NCBI GenBank assembly: GCA_017553255.1
Contig: JAFZML010000181.1
Location: forward strand, 1-39,710
DNA from: Bacteroidales bacterium
Lineage (GTDB): Bacteria; Bacteroidota; Bacteroidia; Bacteroidales; UBA932
Direction: 5' to 3'
Length of the DNA stretch: 39,710 nt
The position numbers were made by a program, and so were the translations under genes. The notes under the pieces were generated by a model, which was not told where the DNA came from, did not search any database, and saw only the letters and a list, made by a program, of their open reading frames with translations. Below, in pieces: positions 1-9,892 of the stretch (the stretch's first letter is position 1; every line of letters starts with the position of its first letter).

Positions 1-666
1 GCTCATTATGGCTGCTACTATAAGGCAATGCCACATAGGGAAAGTGAACAGCCCTGTCCAGTAAAGGATAGCGCCTGCAAGGACGGACGAGAGAAGGCCG
101 CCGATGAAGCCCGCCCAGGATTTCTTGGGAGAAATGGAAGGACAAAGCTTTGCAGGCCATATTTTCTGGCCCAGAAGCATCCCAAAGCAGTATGCGCCGG
201 TATCAGAGGCCCAGATGATGACAAAGAACGCCACCATGAGAAGCCCGCTGTAAGTGCCGTTATTGTACACCACGGCATTTGAGAGCGCCAGGGGAAGACC
301 TATATAGAGGAGACCTGCATACAGGTACCCTGTTTTGAGGAAATCCTTGTGGTTTTTCTGGAAAATGGAGACAATCATCACGGCGCCGACCATTATGCAA
401 AGGCTGGGTAAAAGAGCCTCTGAAATGGGTTCTCCCCTGTAAACGCCGCTCCCGGTAATCCACAGAAGGGCTGCTCCCATACAACCTGCAAAATTCTGTA
501 ATACCCTGTAGGAGTTACCCATGGTGATATGGTAAAACTCCTGGAGCATTATATAGGATATGAGGGAGAACAGGATTGTGAAAGGAATCCTGTGAAAAAG
601 GAGGCCCCCCAGCATGATTGCCAGGAAAATGACTCCGAATATGGTGCGTTTTACTGTAGAGTTCAT
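1..666 (-). CDS. cdsA: Phosphatidate cytidylyltransferase (3' end runs off window)
   Basis: Not in the ORF track. Manual translation from the ATG at 666 (ATGA overlap with the ftsH stop) is open to base 1: MNSTVKRTIFGVIFLAIML...FFVIIWASDTGAYCFG...ISPKKSWAGFIGG. Carries the CdsA WxxDxxAY and SPKKSWxG motifs; rsfS-ftsH-cdsA order is typical of Bacteroidota. Confidence 0.93.
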   Translation of the reverse strand, partial: MNSTVKRTIFGVIFLAIMLGGLLFHRIPFTILFSLISYIMLQEFYHITMGNSYRVLQNFAGCMGAALLWITGSGVYRGEPISEALLPSLCIMVGAVMIVSIFQKNHKDFLKTGYLYAGLLYIGLPLALSNAVVYNNGTYSGLLMVAFFVIIWASDTGAYCFGMLLGQKIWPAKLCPSISPKKSWAGFIGGLLSSVLAGAILYWTGLFTFPMWHCLIVAAIMS

Positions 667-2621
667 TCAGCAGGTGAATTTTGAGGTTTCTCCTCTTCCT
701 GGGGGAAACGGTCATCGGCCTCAGGCTTTACTTTTGGACCCAGTATTTGCTCTATATCTTCTGCAAAGATAACTTCTTTTTCAAGAAGGATGGCACCAAG
801 CTTCATGAATTCATCCTTGTGGTCTTCAATAAGCTTACGGGTACGGTCATGGACGTCCTTCACTATGGACTTGACCTCCTTGTCCATAAGCTCTGCGGTT
901 TTCTCTGAGTAGGGCTTTACAAGGTTGTAGCCGCGTGCACCGCTGGAATCATAGAATGAGAGTGCGCCAACGCTTTCTGACATGCCGTAGTACTGGACCA
1001 TGGCGTATGCCATTCCGGTCATGCGCTCAAGGTCATTGAGAGCGCCCGTAGAAGGCTCTCCGTTAAGGATTTCCTCTGCTACGCGGCCGCCGATGAGAAC
1101 GCTCATCTGGTCCATCATGATGGAGCGGGACCAGTTCTTGCGCTCCTCCGGGAGGCTCCAGGTAAGGCCCAGGGCGTTGCCGCGCGGGATGATGCTTACC
1201 TTAAACACTGGATCTGCGTAAGGAAGGAGCCAGCCAACAAGGGCGTGACCGGCCTCATGGTATGCCGTGGTGCGTTTTTCTGCGGGAGTCATTATGGTGT
1301 TGGACTTGCGTTCAAGGCCGCCGATAATGCGGTCTACGGCATCCAGGACGTCCTGCTGAAGCACGGCGCTGTGGCCGCGGCGGGCGGCAGTGAGGGCGGC
1401 TTCGTTACATTCGTTGGCGATATCGGCCCCGGAGAAACCGGGAGTATGCTTGGCCATGAACTCCACGTTGAAGTCTTCTCCCAACTTGATGCCTTTCAGG
1501 TGCACCTGGAATATCTCTTCCCTCTCCTTGAGTTCAGGAAGCTCAACGTGGATCTGGCGGTCAAAGCGGCCGGCGCGCATAAGGGCCTGGTCCAGGATGT
1601 CTGAGCGGTTGGTGGCCGCAAGCACAATTACGCCGCTGTTGGTGCCGAAACCGTCCATTTCAGTAAGGAGCTGGTTGAGGGTGTTCTCACGTTCGTCGTT
1701 GGAAGAGAAGCCTCCGTTCTTGGCCCTTGCGCGGCCAACGGCGTCAATTTCATCTATGAAAACTATGCACGGGGCCTTTTCCTTTGCCTGGCGGAAGAGA
1801 TCCCTCACGCGGGACGCACCTACGCCCACGAACATCTCTACGAAGTCTGAGCCGGAGATTGAGAAGAACGGAACGTTGGCTTCACCGGCCACGGCCTTTG
1901 CAAGGAGGGTTTTACCTGTTCCGGGAGGGCCCACCAGAAGTGCTCCCTTGGGGATTTTGCCGCCAAGGGCTGTGTATTTTGAAGGATTCTTCAGGAAATC
2001 TACAATTTCCATCACTTCTTCCTTTGCGCCGTAAAGGCCCGCCACGTCCTTGAAAGTGACGTTTACCTGGCCTTTCTCCGCTTCCCTGGCGGTGGATTTA
2101 CCGGTATTGAACGGGTTGAAACCGCCGCCACCGGGGCCTCCGGGGCCGCCTGCGCCGCGGTTCATTCCGCGGAACATAAGCATCCAGAACACCACAAGTA
2201 TAAGGAGCGGCAGGAGCATCTGGAGTATATCCATCCATACGCGCTCCTGGTTTTTCATTATTACCTTGAATTGGTCTGCGGGTACCAGCTGGGCGTTGAG
2301 CTCCTGGAACTGGGCTTCGGGGTCAAACTTTGTGGATACCAGGAAATAGAAGTGCGGGGCGCGTCTTGGGGGCTGCCCGCCGCGGAAAAAGTCCGAGTAC
2401 TTTGCAAGGCGTTCCGGCCTAACCTTTACTTCACCTTTGAAGTCATTGCGGATAAAGGTGATTTCCGCAACGTCTCCGCTTTCAATCATATTCCGGACAT
2501 CCGCCCACTCAATCTTTTCCGGGGCTGCCGTGCGCTGGTTTGAGAACAGCATATAGCCTATTCCCAGAAGCAGCAAGACGTAGAACCAGGAAAAGTTGAT
2601 ATTTATAGTCTTTTTAGCCAT
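663..2621 (-). CDS. ftsH: ATP-dependent zinc metalloprotease FtsH
   Basis: Two N-terminal TM segments, Walker A GPPGTGKT, Walker B FIDEID, SRH AATNR...GRFDR, zinc motif HEAGH. Confidence 0.98.
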   Translation of the reverse strand: MAKKTININFSWFYVLLLLGIGYMLFSNQRTAAPEKIEWADVRNMIESGDVAEITFIRNDFKGEVKVRPERLAKYSDFFRGGQPPRRAPHFYFLVSTKFDPEAQFQELNAQLVPADQFKVIMKNQERVWMDILQMLLPLLILVVFWMLMFRGMNRGAGGPGGPGGGGFNPFNTGKSTAREAEKGQVNVTFKDVAGLYGAKEEVMEIVDFLKNPSKYTALGGKIPKGALLVGPPGTGKTLLAKAVAGEANVPFFSISGSDFVEMFVGVGASRVRDLFRQAKEKAPCIVFIDEIDAVGRARAKNGGFSSNDERENTLNQLLTEMDGFGTNSGVIVLAATNRSDILDQALMRAGRFDRQIHVELPELKEREEIFQVHLKGIKLGEDFNVEFMAKHTPGFSGADIANECNEAALTAARRGHSAVLQQDVLDAVDRIIGGLERKSNTIMTPAEKRTTAYHEAGHALVGWLLPYADPVFKVSIIPRGNALGLTWSLPEERKNWSRSIMMDQMSVLIGGRVAEEILNGEPSTGALNDLERMTGMAYAMVQYYGMSESVGALSFYDSSGARGYNLVKPYSEKTAELMDKEVKSIVKDVHDRTRKLIEDHKDEFMKLGAILLEKEVIFAEDIEQILGPKVKPEADDRFPQEEEKPQNSPAE

Positions 2622-2999
2622 TTAGTCCTCTTTTTTTGCCGGTTTTGTGCTTTTGCGAAGCTGGTACTCCTTGCGGGGGACATCGGCCCAGAGGTCCTCC
2701 AGGCGATAGAAATCCCTGTATTCCTTAAGGAAGATGTGGACAACTATGTTGCCGTAATCCTGGATGATCCAGAAGTTGTTGCCTTCTCCCTGGGAACGGA
2801 GGAGCCTGTGGCCCTCCTCCTTCATCTTTTCCTCTATGTTGTCTGAGATGGCGCCAACCTGGGTTGTGTTGGAGCCGCTGCACACCACAAAGAAATCTGT
2901 GATGGCACCGTCAATTGACCTCAGGTCCAGGGATACTACGTTCTCCCCCTTCTTGTCAAGTATTGCGTCTGCTATAAGCCGAAGATCGTGGGTAATCAT
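2622..2999 (-). CDS. rsfS: Ribosome silencing factor RsfS (Iojap)
   Basis: DKKGENVVSLDL, WIIQDYGNIVVHIF...RDFYRLEDLW signature. Confidence 0.95.
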   Translation of the reverse strand: MITHDLRLIADAILDKKGENVVSLDLRSIDGAITDFFVVCSGSNTTQVGAISDNIEEKMKEEGHRLLRSQGEGNNFWIIQDYGNIVVHIFLKEYRDFYRLEDLWADVPRKEYQLRKSTKPAKKED

Positions 3000-3022
3000 A
3001 TATGATTTTTTCTTTAATCATA

Positions 3023-3030
3023 CAAAGATA
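3023..3030 (-). promoter_or_regulatory. Bacteroidota -7 promoter element (TATCTTTG) for rsfS-ftsH-cdsA
   Basis: Matches TAnnTTTG on the minus strand 24 nt upstream of the rsfS ATG. Confidence 0.65.
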
Positions 3031-3095
3031 ATCAAAAAAAGCACCATATCAAACCCTCTGACAATTTGGCAGATTGGACATAGGCACATTTTGCT

Positions 3096-3103
3096 TATAT
3101 TTG
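3096..3103 (+). promoter_or_regulatory. Bacteroidota -7 promoter element (TATATTTG) upstream of priA-like gene
   Basis: TAnnTTTG match in an AT-rich divergent intergenic region. Confidence 0.55.
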
Positions 3104-3199
3104 TATCCAGTAAGCGTCAATTAGACAGTTTCAGGGCTTGTAACAAAAATGTTACCAAACATAACAGTTGTGTTATATTAATTGAAAATGAGCGTAAAA

Positions 3200-4837
3200 A
3201 TGTATATTCAGGTAATTGTTCCGCTAAAGCTGGACTGGGAACCTGTATACTCTGTCCCGGAGGGCCTGGAGCTGGTTAAAGGAGACCGGGTAAGCGTCAT
3301 TTTCTCTGGTAAAGAGTACATTTCCGTTGTCAGTAAACTGGATGTAACCCCCCGGGACGGAATCCGTGAGAGTGAAATCCTTCCGGTCCTTGACAAGGTG
3401 GATTATCTTCCCCGAATCACTGAACTTGAATTCAGGTATTGGGAAATGACGGCTTCATATTACCTTTGTACGCTTGGTGAGGTTTACAAGAGCGTCTATT
3501 TCCGGGACCAGCAACCGCCGCGTAAATGGACCTCCCGGGACAGGAGTGCAGTCGCAACCCTTACGGAGCTTTCTGCGGCGCAGGAAAAGGTATATAAAGG
3601 CATCCTTGATGCCCCCAAAACCGTACTCCTTCAAGGCGTGAACGGGAGCGGAAAGAGGGAGGTTTGCCTCAGACTTGCTGCATCGGCAATGAAAGAGGGT
3701 AAGTCCGTCCTTTATCTTGTCCCGGAAATTGCCTTCTCAAATACTCTGGAACAGCGCGTCTCCGGTCATTTTCCGGATTACATGCTGTATCACAGCGGCC
3801 AGACCCCGGCCAAAAAGCGGGATGTGGTCCTGGAGGCAAGAACCGGGAAACCGGTCTTTGTCCTTGGTGCCAGAAGTGCGCTCTGGATCCCTTTCAAAAA
3901 CCTTGGCCTTATTATTCTGGACCAGGAACATGAAGCCTCTTTCAAGCAGGATTCCCCCGCCCCCAGATACAACGCCCGGGAAAGCGCCATAATGCTTTCC
4001 ACCCTGTGCGGCGCAAAGGTGGTACTGATTAGTTCAACTCCATCGTTGGAGTCTTTGTATAATGCTGATAATGGTATCTTTACAAAGTTTGAACTAAACG
4101 AACGCTTTAATAGCGGAGAGGCACCTGAATCGGTGGTAATAGACCTTGGCGCAGAGAAGAGAAAACGGGCGGTGAGCGGCAGTTTTTCGCTCAAACTCCT
4201 TGCCCATATAAAGAATGCTCTGGAAGACGGCGGCAAGGTGCTTGTCGTTTGCCGTGCAAAGGCTGCCATAGATGAGTGCTGGGAAGAACTGGAAGCCATT
4301 TTCCCTGGGGCGGCTGGCATTGATTTTGTCTCCCCCATCGGCGCAAAAACCGTCCCTGAGGGGGAATACGCCCTCATTGCCGTTCTCATGGCCGATTCCA
4401 TATTGGGACGTGAGGACTTCAGAAGCGATGAACGCGCCCTTCAGCTATTTTCCCTCCTTGGCGGCAAAACCGGCCTTCTGGTAATACAGACAAGGGAATC
4501 TTCCCACCCCGTCTTTTCATCGGCCAGGGCGGCCAGTCTCCTTTCAGAGAGGAAGGTGGCGGGATATCCTCCCTATACCCGCCTGGTAACTGTTTCTATG
4601 TCAGACACTGACCAGCACAGGCTCTCCCTCCGGTCCAGGTTCCTCATGAACAGGCTCAGGGAAAAGCTCCAGGGCTTCTCTGAACCACAGATTCTGGGCT
4701 CAGGTGAGGGCGTAATAAGGATTTTTTTCAAGCGGGACAGGAATCTTCAGCCCGGTAAGCAGGCCCTATATCGTGAAATAACTTCTTTTGAGCAGCAATA
4801 CTCCTGCCATATAGTCATTGATGTAGATCCGGTGTAA
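3200..4837 (+). CDS. priA: PriA-like primosomal protein, shortened, with degenerate helicase motifs and no Cys-rich zinc region
   Basis: PriA 3'-binding N-terminus (VIVPLKL...YSVP...GDRVSV), LLQGVNGSGK, LVPEI, DQEHEASFKQDSPAPRYNARE, DFRSDERALQL, GYPPYTRL, C-terminal IDVDPV. The start could be 3188 or 3200. Confidence 0.85.
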   Translation: MYIQVIVPLKLDWEPVYSVPEGLELVKGDRVSVIFSGKEYISVVSKLDVTPRDGIRESEILPVLDKVDYLPRITELEFRYWEMTASYYLCTLGEVYKSVYFRDQQPPRKWTSRDRSAVATLTELSAAQEKVYKGILDAPKTVLLQGVNGSGKREVCLRLAASAMKEGKSVLYLVPEIAFSNTLEQRVSGHFPDYMLYHSGQTPAKKRDVVLEARTGKPVFVLGARSALWIPFKNLGLIILDQEHEASFKQDSPAPRYNARESAIMLSTLCGAKVVLISSTPSLESLYNADNGIFTKFELNERFNSGEAPESVVIDLGAEKRKRAVSGSFSLKLLAHIKNALEDGGKVLVVCRAKAAIDECWEELEAIFPGAAGIDFVSPIGAKTVPEGEYALIAVLMADSILGREDFRSDERALQLFSLLGGKTGLLVIQTRESSHPVFSSARAASLLSERKVAGYPPYTRLVTVSMSDTDQHRLSLRSRFLMNRLREKLQGFSEPQILGSGEGVIRIFFKRDRNLQPGKQALYREITSFEQQYSCHIVIDVDPV

Positions 4838-4887
4838 TTCCGTGGAACTTTGTGGAACAATTGCAAGGTTTTCCCAAAATTATTTAT

Positions 4888-4895
4888 TAATTTTG
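4888..4895 (+). promoter_or_regulatory. Bacteroidota -7 promoter element (TAATTTTG) for the parAB operon
   Basis: TAnnTTTG about 45 nt upstream of the parA ATG. Confidence 0.6.
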
Positions 4896-4902
4896 CCAAT
4901 TC

Positions 4903-4930
4903 AGATTCCCGGTCGGAGCCGGGAATGACA
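4903..4930 (-). repeat. TGTCAT...ATCT-tagged palindromic repeat (REP-like) in the parA leader
   Basis: Minus strand reads tgtcATTCCCGGctccgaCCGGGAATct, an 8-bp perfect stem. Confidence 0.85.
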
Positions 4931-4939
4931 AAATTGACT

Positions 4940-5710
4940 ATGGGAAAAATTATAGCAATAGCCAACCAGAAAGGCGGTGTGGGAAAAACCACCACCGCCA
5001 TTAACCTGGCCGCATCTCTTGCGGTCCTTGAGAAAAGAGTTCTCATCATTGACGCAGATCCTCAGGCAAACACCACTTCCGGCCTTAACTTTGATCCGGA
5101 AAACAGTGACCACCGCACTCTGTATGAGATACTTATCGGTAAATTATCGGCCAGTGACGCGCTCATTCAGACGGAACTCCCCAAGCTTCACATGATTCCC
5201 TCCCACATTAACCTTGTGGGTGCGGAAATAGAGCTCCTGAATATCCCTGAGCGTGAATCCGTGCTCAAGAAGGCGCTGCAGCCCATCCGTGACAACTATG
5301 ATTTCATTATCATAGACTGCTCCCCTTCCCTGGGCCTCATCACGGTTAACTGCCTCACTGCCGCAGATTCCGTCATGATACCCGTTCAGCCGGAATTCTT
5401 TGCCCTGGAAGGCCTTGCAAAACTTATCCAGACCATACGTCTGGTCCAGAACGGCATAAATCCCGCCCTTACCATTGAAGGTTTTGTGGTCACAATGTTC
5501 GACGGCCGTACCAAGGTTCACAACCAGGTGGTGGCCCAGCTCCGTGAGCATTTCCAGGATATGGTGTTTGGTACCGTCATCCAGAGGAGCATACGCCTCA
5601 GCGAGGCTCCGTCCTACGGTAAGCCCATCATCCTTTATGACGTGATGAACAACGGAACGTCAAACTATATGAATCTGGCAAAGGAAGTACTGGACAAGAA
5701 CAACAACTAA
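4940..5710 (+). CDS. parA: Chromosome partitioning ATPase ParA/Soj
   Basis: MGKIIAIANQKGGVGKTTT deviant Walker A, IDADPQAN, IIDCSPSLG. True start taken as ATG 4940, not 4850. Confidence 0.96.
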   Translation: MGKIIAIANQKGGVGKTTTAINLAASLAVLEKRVLIIDADPQANTTSGLNFDPENSDHRTLYEILIGKLSASDALIQTELPKLHMIPSHINLVGAEIELLNIPERESVLKKALQPIRDNYDFIIIDCSPSLGLITVNCLTAADSVMIPVQPEFFALEGLAKLIQTIRLVQNGINPALTIEGFVVTMFDGRTKVHNQVVAQLREHFQDMVFGTVIQRSIRLSEAPSYGKPIILYDVMNNGTSNYMNLAKEVLDKNNN

Positions 5711-5711
5711 T

Positions 5712-6635
5712 ATGGCAGCAAAGAATCAGTATGGCCTAGGAAAGGGCCTTGGCGCGCTCCTCGGAGGAGAAGACCTCTCGGAGCTCAGAAAACCGGTTGG
5801 CTACATCAACAAGGAAGTGGTTTCCCAGGAAGGCAAACCCCAGGATACCTCAGACGTCCTTCGCATTCCCGTAGACCTCATAGAACCCAACCCCTACCAG
5901 CCCCGTATGTCCTTTGCTACGGAAGCTATGCAGGAGCTGGCGGATTCCATCCGTACATTCGGCCTTATCCAGCCCATCACCGTCCGCCGCAAGGGAGACA
6001 AATACCAGATCATAAGCGGTGAACGCCGTTACCGCGCCTCCATCATGGCCGGCATGGACATGATACCCGCATATATCAGGGACGCCTCCGAGCAAGGTAT
6101 GCTTGAGATGGCCATAGTGGAGAATATCCAGAGGGAAAACCTGGACCCCATAGAGGTTGCAATGAGCTACCAGCGCCTGATGGACGAATGCAACCTCACC
6201 CAGGAACAGATGGCAGACCGCGTGGGTAAAAAGCGCGCTTCCGTTGCCAACCAGCTCCGGCTCCTCAAACTCCCCGCAAAGGTTCAGCATGACCTTAAAG
6301 TGGGCCTTGTAAGCGTGGGGCATGCAAAGGTGCTGCTGGGTGTGGAAGATCCCGCCACCCAGGAATTACTTTGTGACCTCATTGTGAAAAACGGCCTCTC
6401 AGTGCGTCAGCTTGAGGAAAAGATAAAGGCCATGGGCAAGAAGAAGGATACCGTCTCTGAGGACGGCGCCCAGGAACTTCCTGAAATGTATTACAGGCTT
6501 CTTGAGAACGTGGGCAAGTACTTTGGTGATAATATATCCCTCAAGCGCTCACGTGACGGCAAGGGCACAATGACCATCAAGTTTGACTCCGACGCCCAAA
6601 TGGAGCAATTCCTCAAAGCCCTGGATCTGAGATGA
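5712..6635 (+). CDS. parB: Chromosome partitioning protein ParB/Spo0J
   Basis: GLGKGLGALL, PNPYQPR, GERRYRA, ENIQRENL, HTH TQEQMADRVGKKRASVAN. Confidence 0.96.
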   Translation: MAAKNQYGLGKGLGALLGGEDLSELRKPVGYINKEVVSQEGKPQDTSDVLRIPVDLIEPNPYQPRMSFATEAMQELADSIRTFGLIQPITVRRKGDKYQIISGERRYRASIMAGMDMIPAYIRDASEQGMLEMAIVENIQRENLDPIEVAMSYQRLMDECNLTQEQMADRVGKKRASVANQLRLLKLPAKVQHDLKVGLVSVGHAKVLLGVEDPATQELLCDLIVKNGLSVRQLEEKIKAMGKKKDTVSEDGAQELPEMYYRLLENVGKYFGDNISLKRSRDGKGTMTIKFDSDAQMEQFLKALDLR

Positions 6636-7552
6636 GGGGTTTCCGCCTCATAGTTCTCCTTACAGCGCTCACGTTGTGTTTTCCGCTGGCCGCCCAATAT
6701 AGGGACGACCAGTTTAAACGCGACGCCTTTACCCAGACTTATGCCGATACAACGGAAAAGACCAAGACGGATACCACCCAGCTCTTCAGTTTCAAGGAGT
6801 TCTTCGGCGGTCTTGCCCACAAGAGGACGGCTTCCCTGAAAACCCTCACCATGGGTTCCACCATCTTTATCGGCGGCAACCAGATTTACCACAAACAGTA
6901 CTGGAAACTGCCCATAATCTACGGCGGAATAGGCGCCGGCATATACGGCGGAATCCATTTTGGGAACCTTTACAAGAATACCGGGGAAACACGTTTCCAG
7001 ACATACAGCACCCTCTCCTATGTTGGAGCGGGGCTTGTGTGGTGGGGGTCCCTTATGGACGGAGCCGTATGTTTCAAGAGTAATAAACATCCGGAGCCTG
7101 CCCGCTCTACGGTATATTCCCTGCTGCTTCCTGGCCTTGGACAGATTTATAACGGGGAGTTCTGGAAAGTGCCTCTCTATCTTGGCATTATGGCGGGCTC
7201 GCTCAATTTTGTTGTGGACAACAACCAGCAGTATAACCGTTGGAAAACGGTGTATGACATGGCCACATCGGAAGATCCTGAGGTTGAAAAGCCGCCTTAC
7301 AGCGCTGAAAACGCAAAATATTTCCGTGACATATACAGAAGGTACAGGGATTACTCTATCCTGGCGGTGGCGCTCACCTACCTTATTCAGGTGATAGACG
7401 CCAATGTGTTTGCGTATATGCAGGATTTTGAAGTGAACGACGACATTTCCATGCGCCTTGAGCCTTCCGTTCAGCCGGTTCAATATGCTGCACAGGGCGG
7501 AGTGCCTGCGGCGGGCATGTCGGTGGGATTGTCCGTAGGGTTAAGATTCTGA
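6632..7552 (+). CDS. DUF5683-family membrane protein with two repeated units
   Basis: Signal peptide, then two GxxQIY..xWKxPxxxG units ([17 protein letters not shown]; [18 protein letters not shown]) and IDANVFA. Usual position after parB in Bacteroidales. Confidence 0.75.
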   Translation: MRGFRLIVLLTALTLCFPLAAQYRDDQFKRDAFTQTYADTTEKTKTDTTQLFSFKEFFGGLAHKRTASLKTLTMGSTIFIGGNQIYHKQYWKLPIIYGGIGAGIYGGIHFGNLYKNTGETRFQTYSTLSYVGAGLVWWGSLMDGAVCFKSNKHPEPARSTVYSLLLPGLGQIYNGEFWKVPLYLGIMAGSLNFVVDNNQQYNRWKTVYDMATSEDPEVEKPPYSAENAKYFRDIYRRYRDYSILAVALTYLIQVIDANVFAYMQDFEVNDDISMRLEPSVQPVQYAAQGGVPAAGMSVGLSVGLRF

Positions 7553-7554
7553 TT

Positions 7555-8772
7555 ATGAGAAGATTGATTATTGCCATCCTGGGCCTTTTACTCTCTTCCG
7601 GATTTGTATTCGGCCAGGATACGGATACCCTTTTGCAAAGGTGGTACCTTCACCGCCAGGCCAGGACCCAGCAGCCGGACGCCGGGTACAACATGGACTC
7701 TGTGAAGTTCAATACCAATGTGCCTGATTCCGTGCTTATGGGCCGCCTGGAAAGGATGCACAGTTTCATCACCCTCCCCTATAATGAGACGGTGAAGAAT
7801 TATATGGTACTGTACAGCGAGAAGATGCCAAAGAGTATGGCCGAAATACTCTCGCTCAGTGAGTATTACTTCCCCATTTTTGAAGAAACGCTTGACCGTT
7901 ACGGACTGCCCCTGGAACTGAAGTATATGGCCGTCATAGAGAGCCATCTCAACCCCAGGGCGGAATCCGTTTACGGAGCAAAGGGCCTGTGGCAGTTTAT
8001 GTACCGCACCGGCCTCAGCTATGGCCTCAGGGTGAATTCCTACATTGATGAGAGGATGGATCCAATCCTTTCCACGGACGCCGCCTGCAGGTACCTGAGG
8101 GACGCATACGCTATCTTCGGCAGCTGGCCGCTTGCAATATCGGCCTACAACTGTGGCAGCGGTAACGTGAACAAAGCCATCAAAAGGGCTGGAGGAAGCA
8201 TGGATTACTGGAAGGTCTACGATTACCTCCCCCGTGAAACCAGAGGCTATGTCCCCGCTCTTGTGGGCGCAATGTACGCAATCAACTATGCCAAGGAGTA
8301 TGGAATAAGGCCAGATCCCGCCGCCGTGCCGGAATACGTGGACACTTTCCACGTGCATAAGAACCTGCACCTGAGGCAGATAAGTGAGGTGATGGGAATC
8401 CCCATGGAAGATGTCCGGGACCTTAATCCCCAGTACTTCAAGGATTATGTCCCCGCCGCCGGTACCACCGAAGTAATCCGCCTCCCCTTCGCATACAGCG
8501 CCTCATTTTTGGACCTCCAGGACTCCATTTACAGATATAAGGCCGATGCCCTCCTTGGCGGCAAAATCACCGATGGCCGTGAAGTTGTTAACGGCCGCCC
8601 CGTCCAGACAACCCAGGGCACATCCTGGGTATATTACAAGGTCAAATCCGGAGATACCCTCAGCCATATTGCCAGAAAGTATCACTGCACCGTTTCCCAG
8701 CTCAAATCCTGGAACAACCTCAAGAGTGACCGCATCTCAATAGGCCAGCGCCTGAAGGTGGGAAAACGCTAG
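7555..8772 (+). CDS. MltD-like lytic transglycosylase with C-terminal LysM domain
   Basis: SLT motifs [24 protein letters not shown]; Lys[17 protein letters not shown]...IGQRLKV. Confidence 0.92.
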   Translation: MRRLIIAILGLLLSSGFVFGQDTDTLLQRWYLHRQARTQQPDAGYNMDSVKFNTNVPDSVLMGRLERMHSFITLPYNETVKNYMVLYSEKMPKSMAEILSLSEYYFPIFEETLDRYGLPLELKYMAVIESHLNPRAESVYGAKGLWQFMYRTGLSYGLRVNSYIDERMDPILSTDAACRYLRDAYAIFGSWPLAISAYNCGSGNVNKAIKRAGGSMDYWKVYDYLPRETRGYVPALVGAMYAINYAKEYGIRPDPAAVPEYVDTFHVHKNLHLRQISEVMGIPMEDVRDLNPQYFKDYVPAAGTTEVIRLPFAYSASFLDLQDSIYRYKADALLGGKITDGREVVNGRPVQTTQGTSWVYYKVKSGDTLSHIARKYHCTVSQLKSWNNLKSDRISIGQRLKVGKR

Positions 8773-8794
8773 GCATTCCTCTTTTACTGGTCTT

Positions 8795-8971
8795 GGGCAC
8801 CAGGATGGCGATTCCGTGCCCGTGAAGATGTTTTTGGCACTTGCGGGCACCAGGAGGCCGAATCTGTGCCCGTGTAGGTCTTTTGGGCACTTGTGGACAC
8901 CGGGAGGAGGAATCCGTGTCCAATGTGGCGTTTTTGGCGTTAGCGGGCACCAGGAGGCCGATTCCGTGTCT
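8795..8971. repeat. Left tandem array: 4 hairpin units at exact 50-bp period
   Basis: 27-bp units GGRCAC-N15-GTGYCY start at 8795, 8845, 8895 and 8945, separated by related 23-bp T-rich linkers. The array ends 3 bp from the transposase stop codon. Confidence 0.95.
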
Positions 8972-8974
8972 GAA

Positions 8975-9892
8975 TTATTTGGGTGCGGGGAACATGGAAT
9001 TCACCGTGGAGGCGGGAAGCTGCAGAACGATGGAAATTATCCTGTTGGATGAATTCAATCTGGTTTTCATCATTTTTGCTGCTTCAAGCCGTTCATACTG
9101 AGTCATTTGTCTTATCCCTTTTCCGGGGAACCAACTGGCCACTATCTGAAAAGTCTCCTCAATGGGAATCTGGATATTTTCACCAAGAATCCGGGCAATC
9201 TCTATATCTGCCTCTCCCCTTCTTGTGAGAAGGGAAAAATACTGGTTGGCATTATTGAAAAGGGATTCCGTAATTCTGTATTTGACAAAGCTGCTTCTTA
9301 AGATCATACCGTCAAGTACACGATAATGTTCTGGCAGGTCAACATTGTGAGAACGGCAGATAATCCTTTTTTCACGGCCTCCCACCTTGGGGTATTCAAT
9401 ACCTTTATCAAATAGCCAGAGGTTCCCGTTGAAAAACAGGTTCGCGGATCCCCATGGATAGCCGGTGGGCATTGCGTCGAACCTTGCCACATATGCATTT
9501 CTGTCCGTGTAACATATTCTGTTACGGAACTGTTTCAGATCTACGGTCTCTTCTATCTGAATGTTCCAGTCTTTCAGCGGAGGATTTCCCAGGGACCTTT
9601 GGAGTTTTCTTTGAGAGTCCCGCAGGAAATCCACGAATCCCTGCACGCGGCTGATGTCTCCCCTCCCCATGATGTGATGATGATTTGTCATCTCCACATC
9701 GTCCAGCACATCCATCCCTGACCGAGCCGATGCAATTGCAACCATATTGGTTCCCATCATAAACTCTTCCCGGCTTTTGTACAAGGCCCGGTCTAGGTTT
9801 TCAGTTGTGATATAATAGTAAGGACCATTGTCCAGAAATAACTGTTCACATTCTTTTTCCCTGTTCCAGTAATTGTTCTTGTCTACATCCAT
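8975..9892 (-). CDS. HUH/Y1 transposase-like protein (RAYT / IS200-fold) with C-terminal helical, possibly HTH, extension
   Basis: MTNHHHIM corresponds to the MxNHxH HUH motif, RICYTDRNAYVA to the catalytic-Tyr YxxxNP motif, and YPWGS to YxWSS. The start is probably ATG 9892 (MDVDKNNY..., 305 aa); the upstream 60 codons of the listed ORF run through the repeat array. Confidence 0.82.
   Translation of the reverse strand: MDVDKNNYWNREKECEQLFLDNGPYYYITTENLDRALYKSREEFMMGTNMVAIASARSGMDVLDDVEMTNHHHIMGRGDISRVQGFVDFLRDSQRKLQRSLGNPPLKDWNIQIEETVDLKQFRNRICYTDRNAYVARFDAMPTGYPWGSANLFFNGNLWLFDKGIEYPKVGGREKRIICRSHNVDLPEHYRVLDGMILRSSFVKYRITESLFNNANQYFSLLTRRGEADIEIARILGENIQIPIEETFQIVASWFPGKGIRQMTQYERLEAAKMMKTRLNSSNRIISIVLQLPASTVNSMFPAPK

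Noticed and set aside
2119-2160. GC-rich low-complexity stretch in ftsH
   Set aside because: It encodes the ordinary Gly/Pro linker after the second TM helix.
4850-4939. Longer starts for parA (and similarly hpt 11741, adk 12288 and LolA-like 29659)
   Set aside because: The extensions cover promoter or repeat DNA or neighbouring genes; family motifs begin at the downstream ATG.
6491-8370. Long antisense ORFs (6491..7483 and 7588..8370; similarly 17066..17884, 24305..25111, 31193..31969, 34713..35537 and 36107..36934)
   Set aside because: These are shadows of well-supported genes on the opposite strand, with no recognisable motifs.
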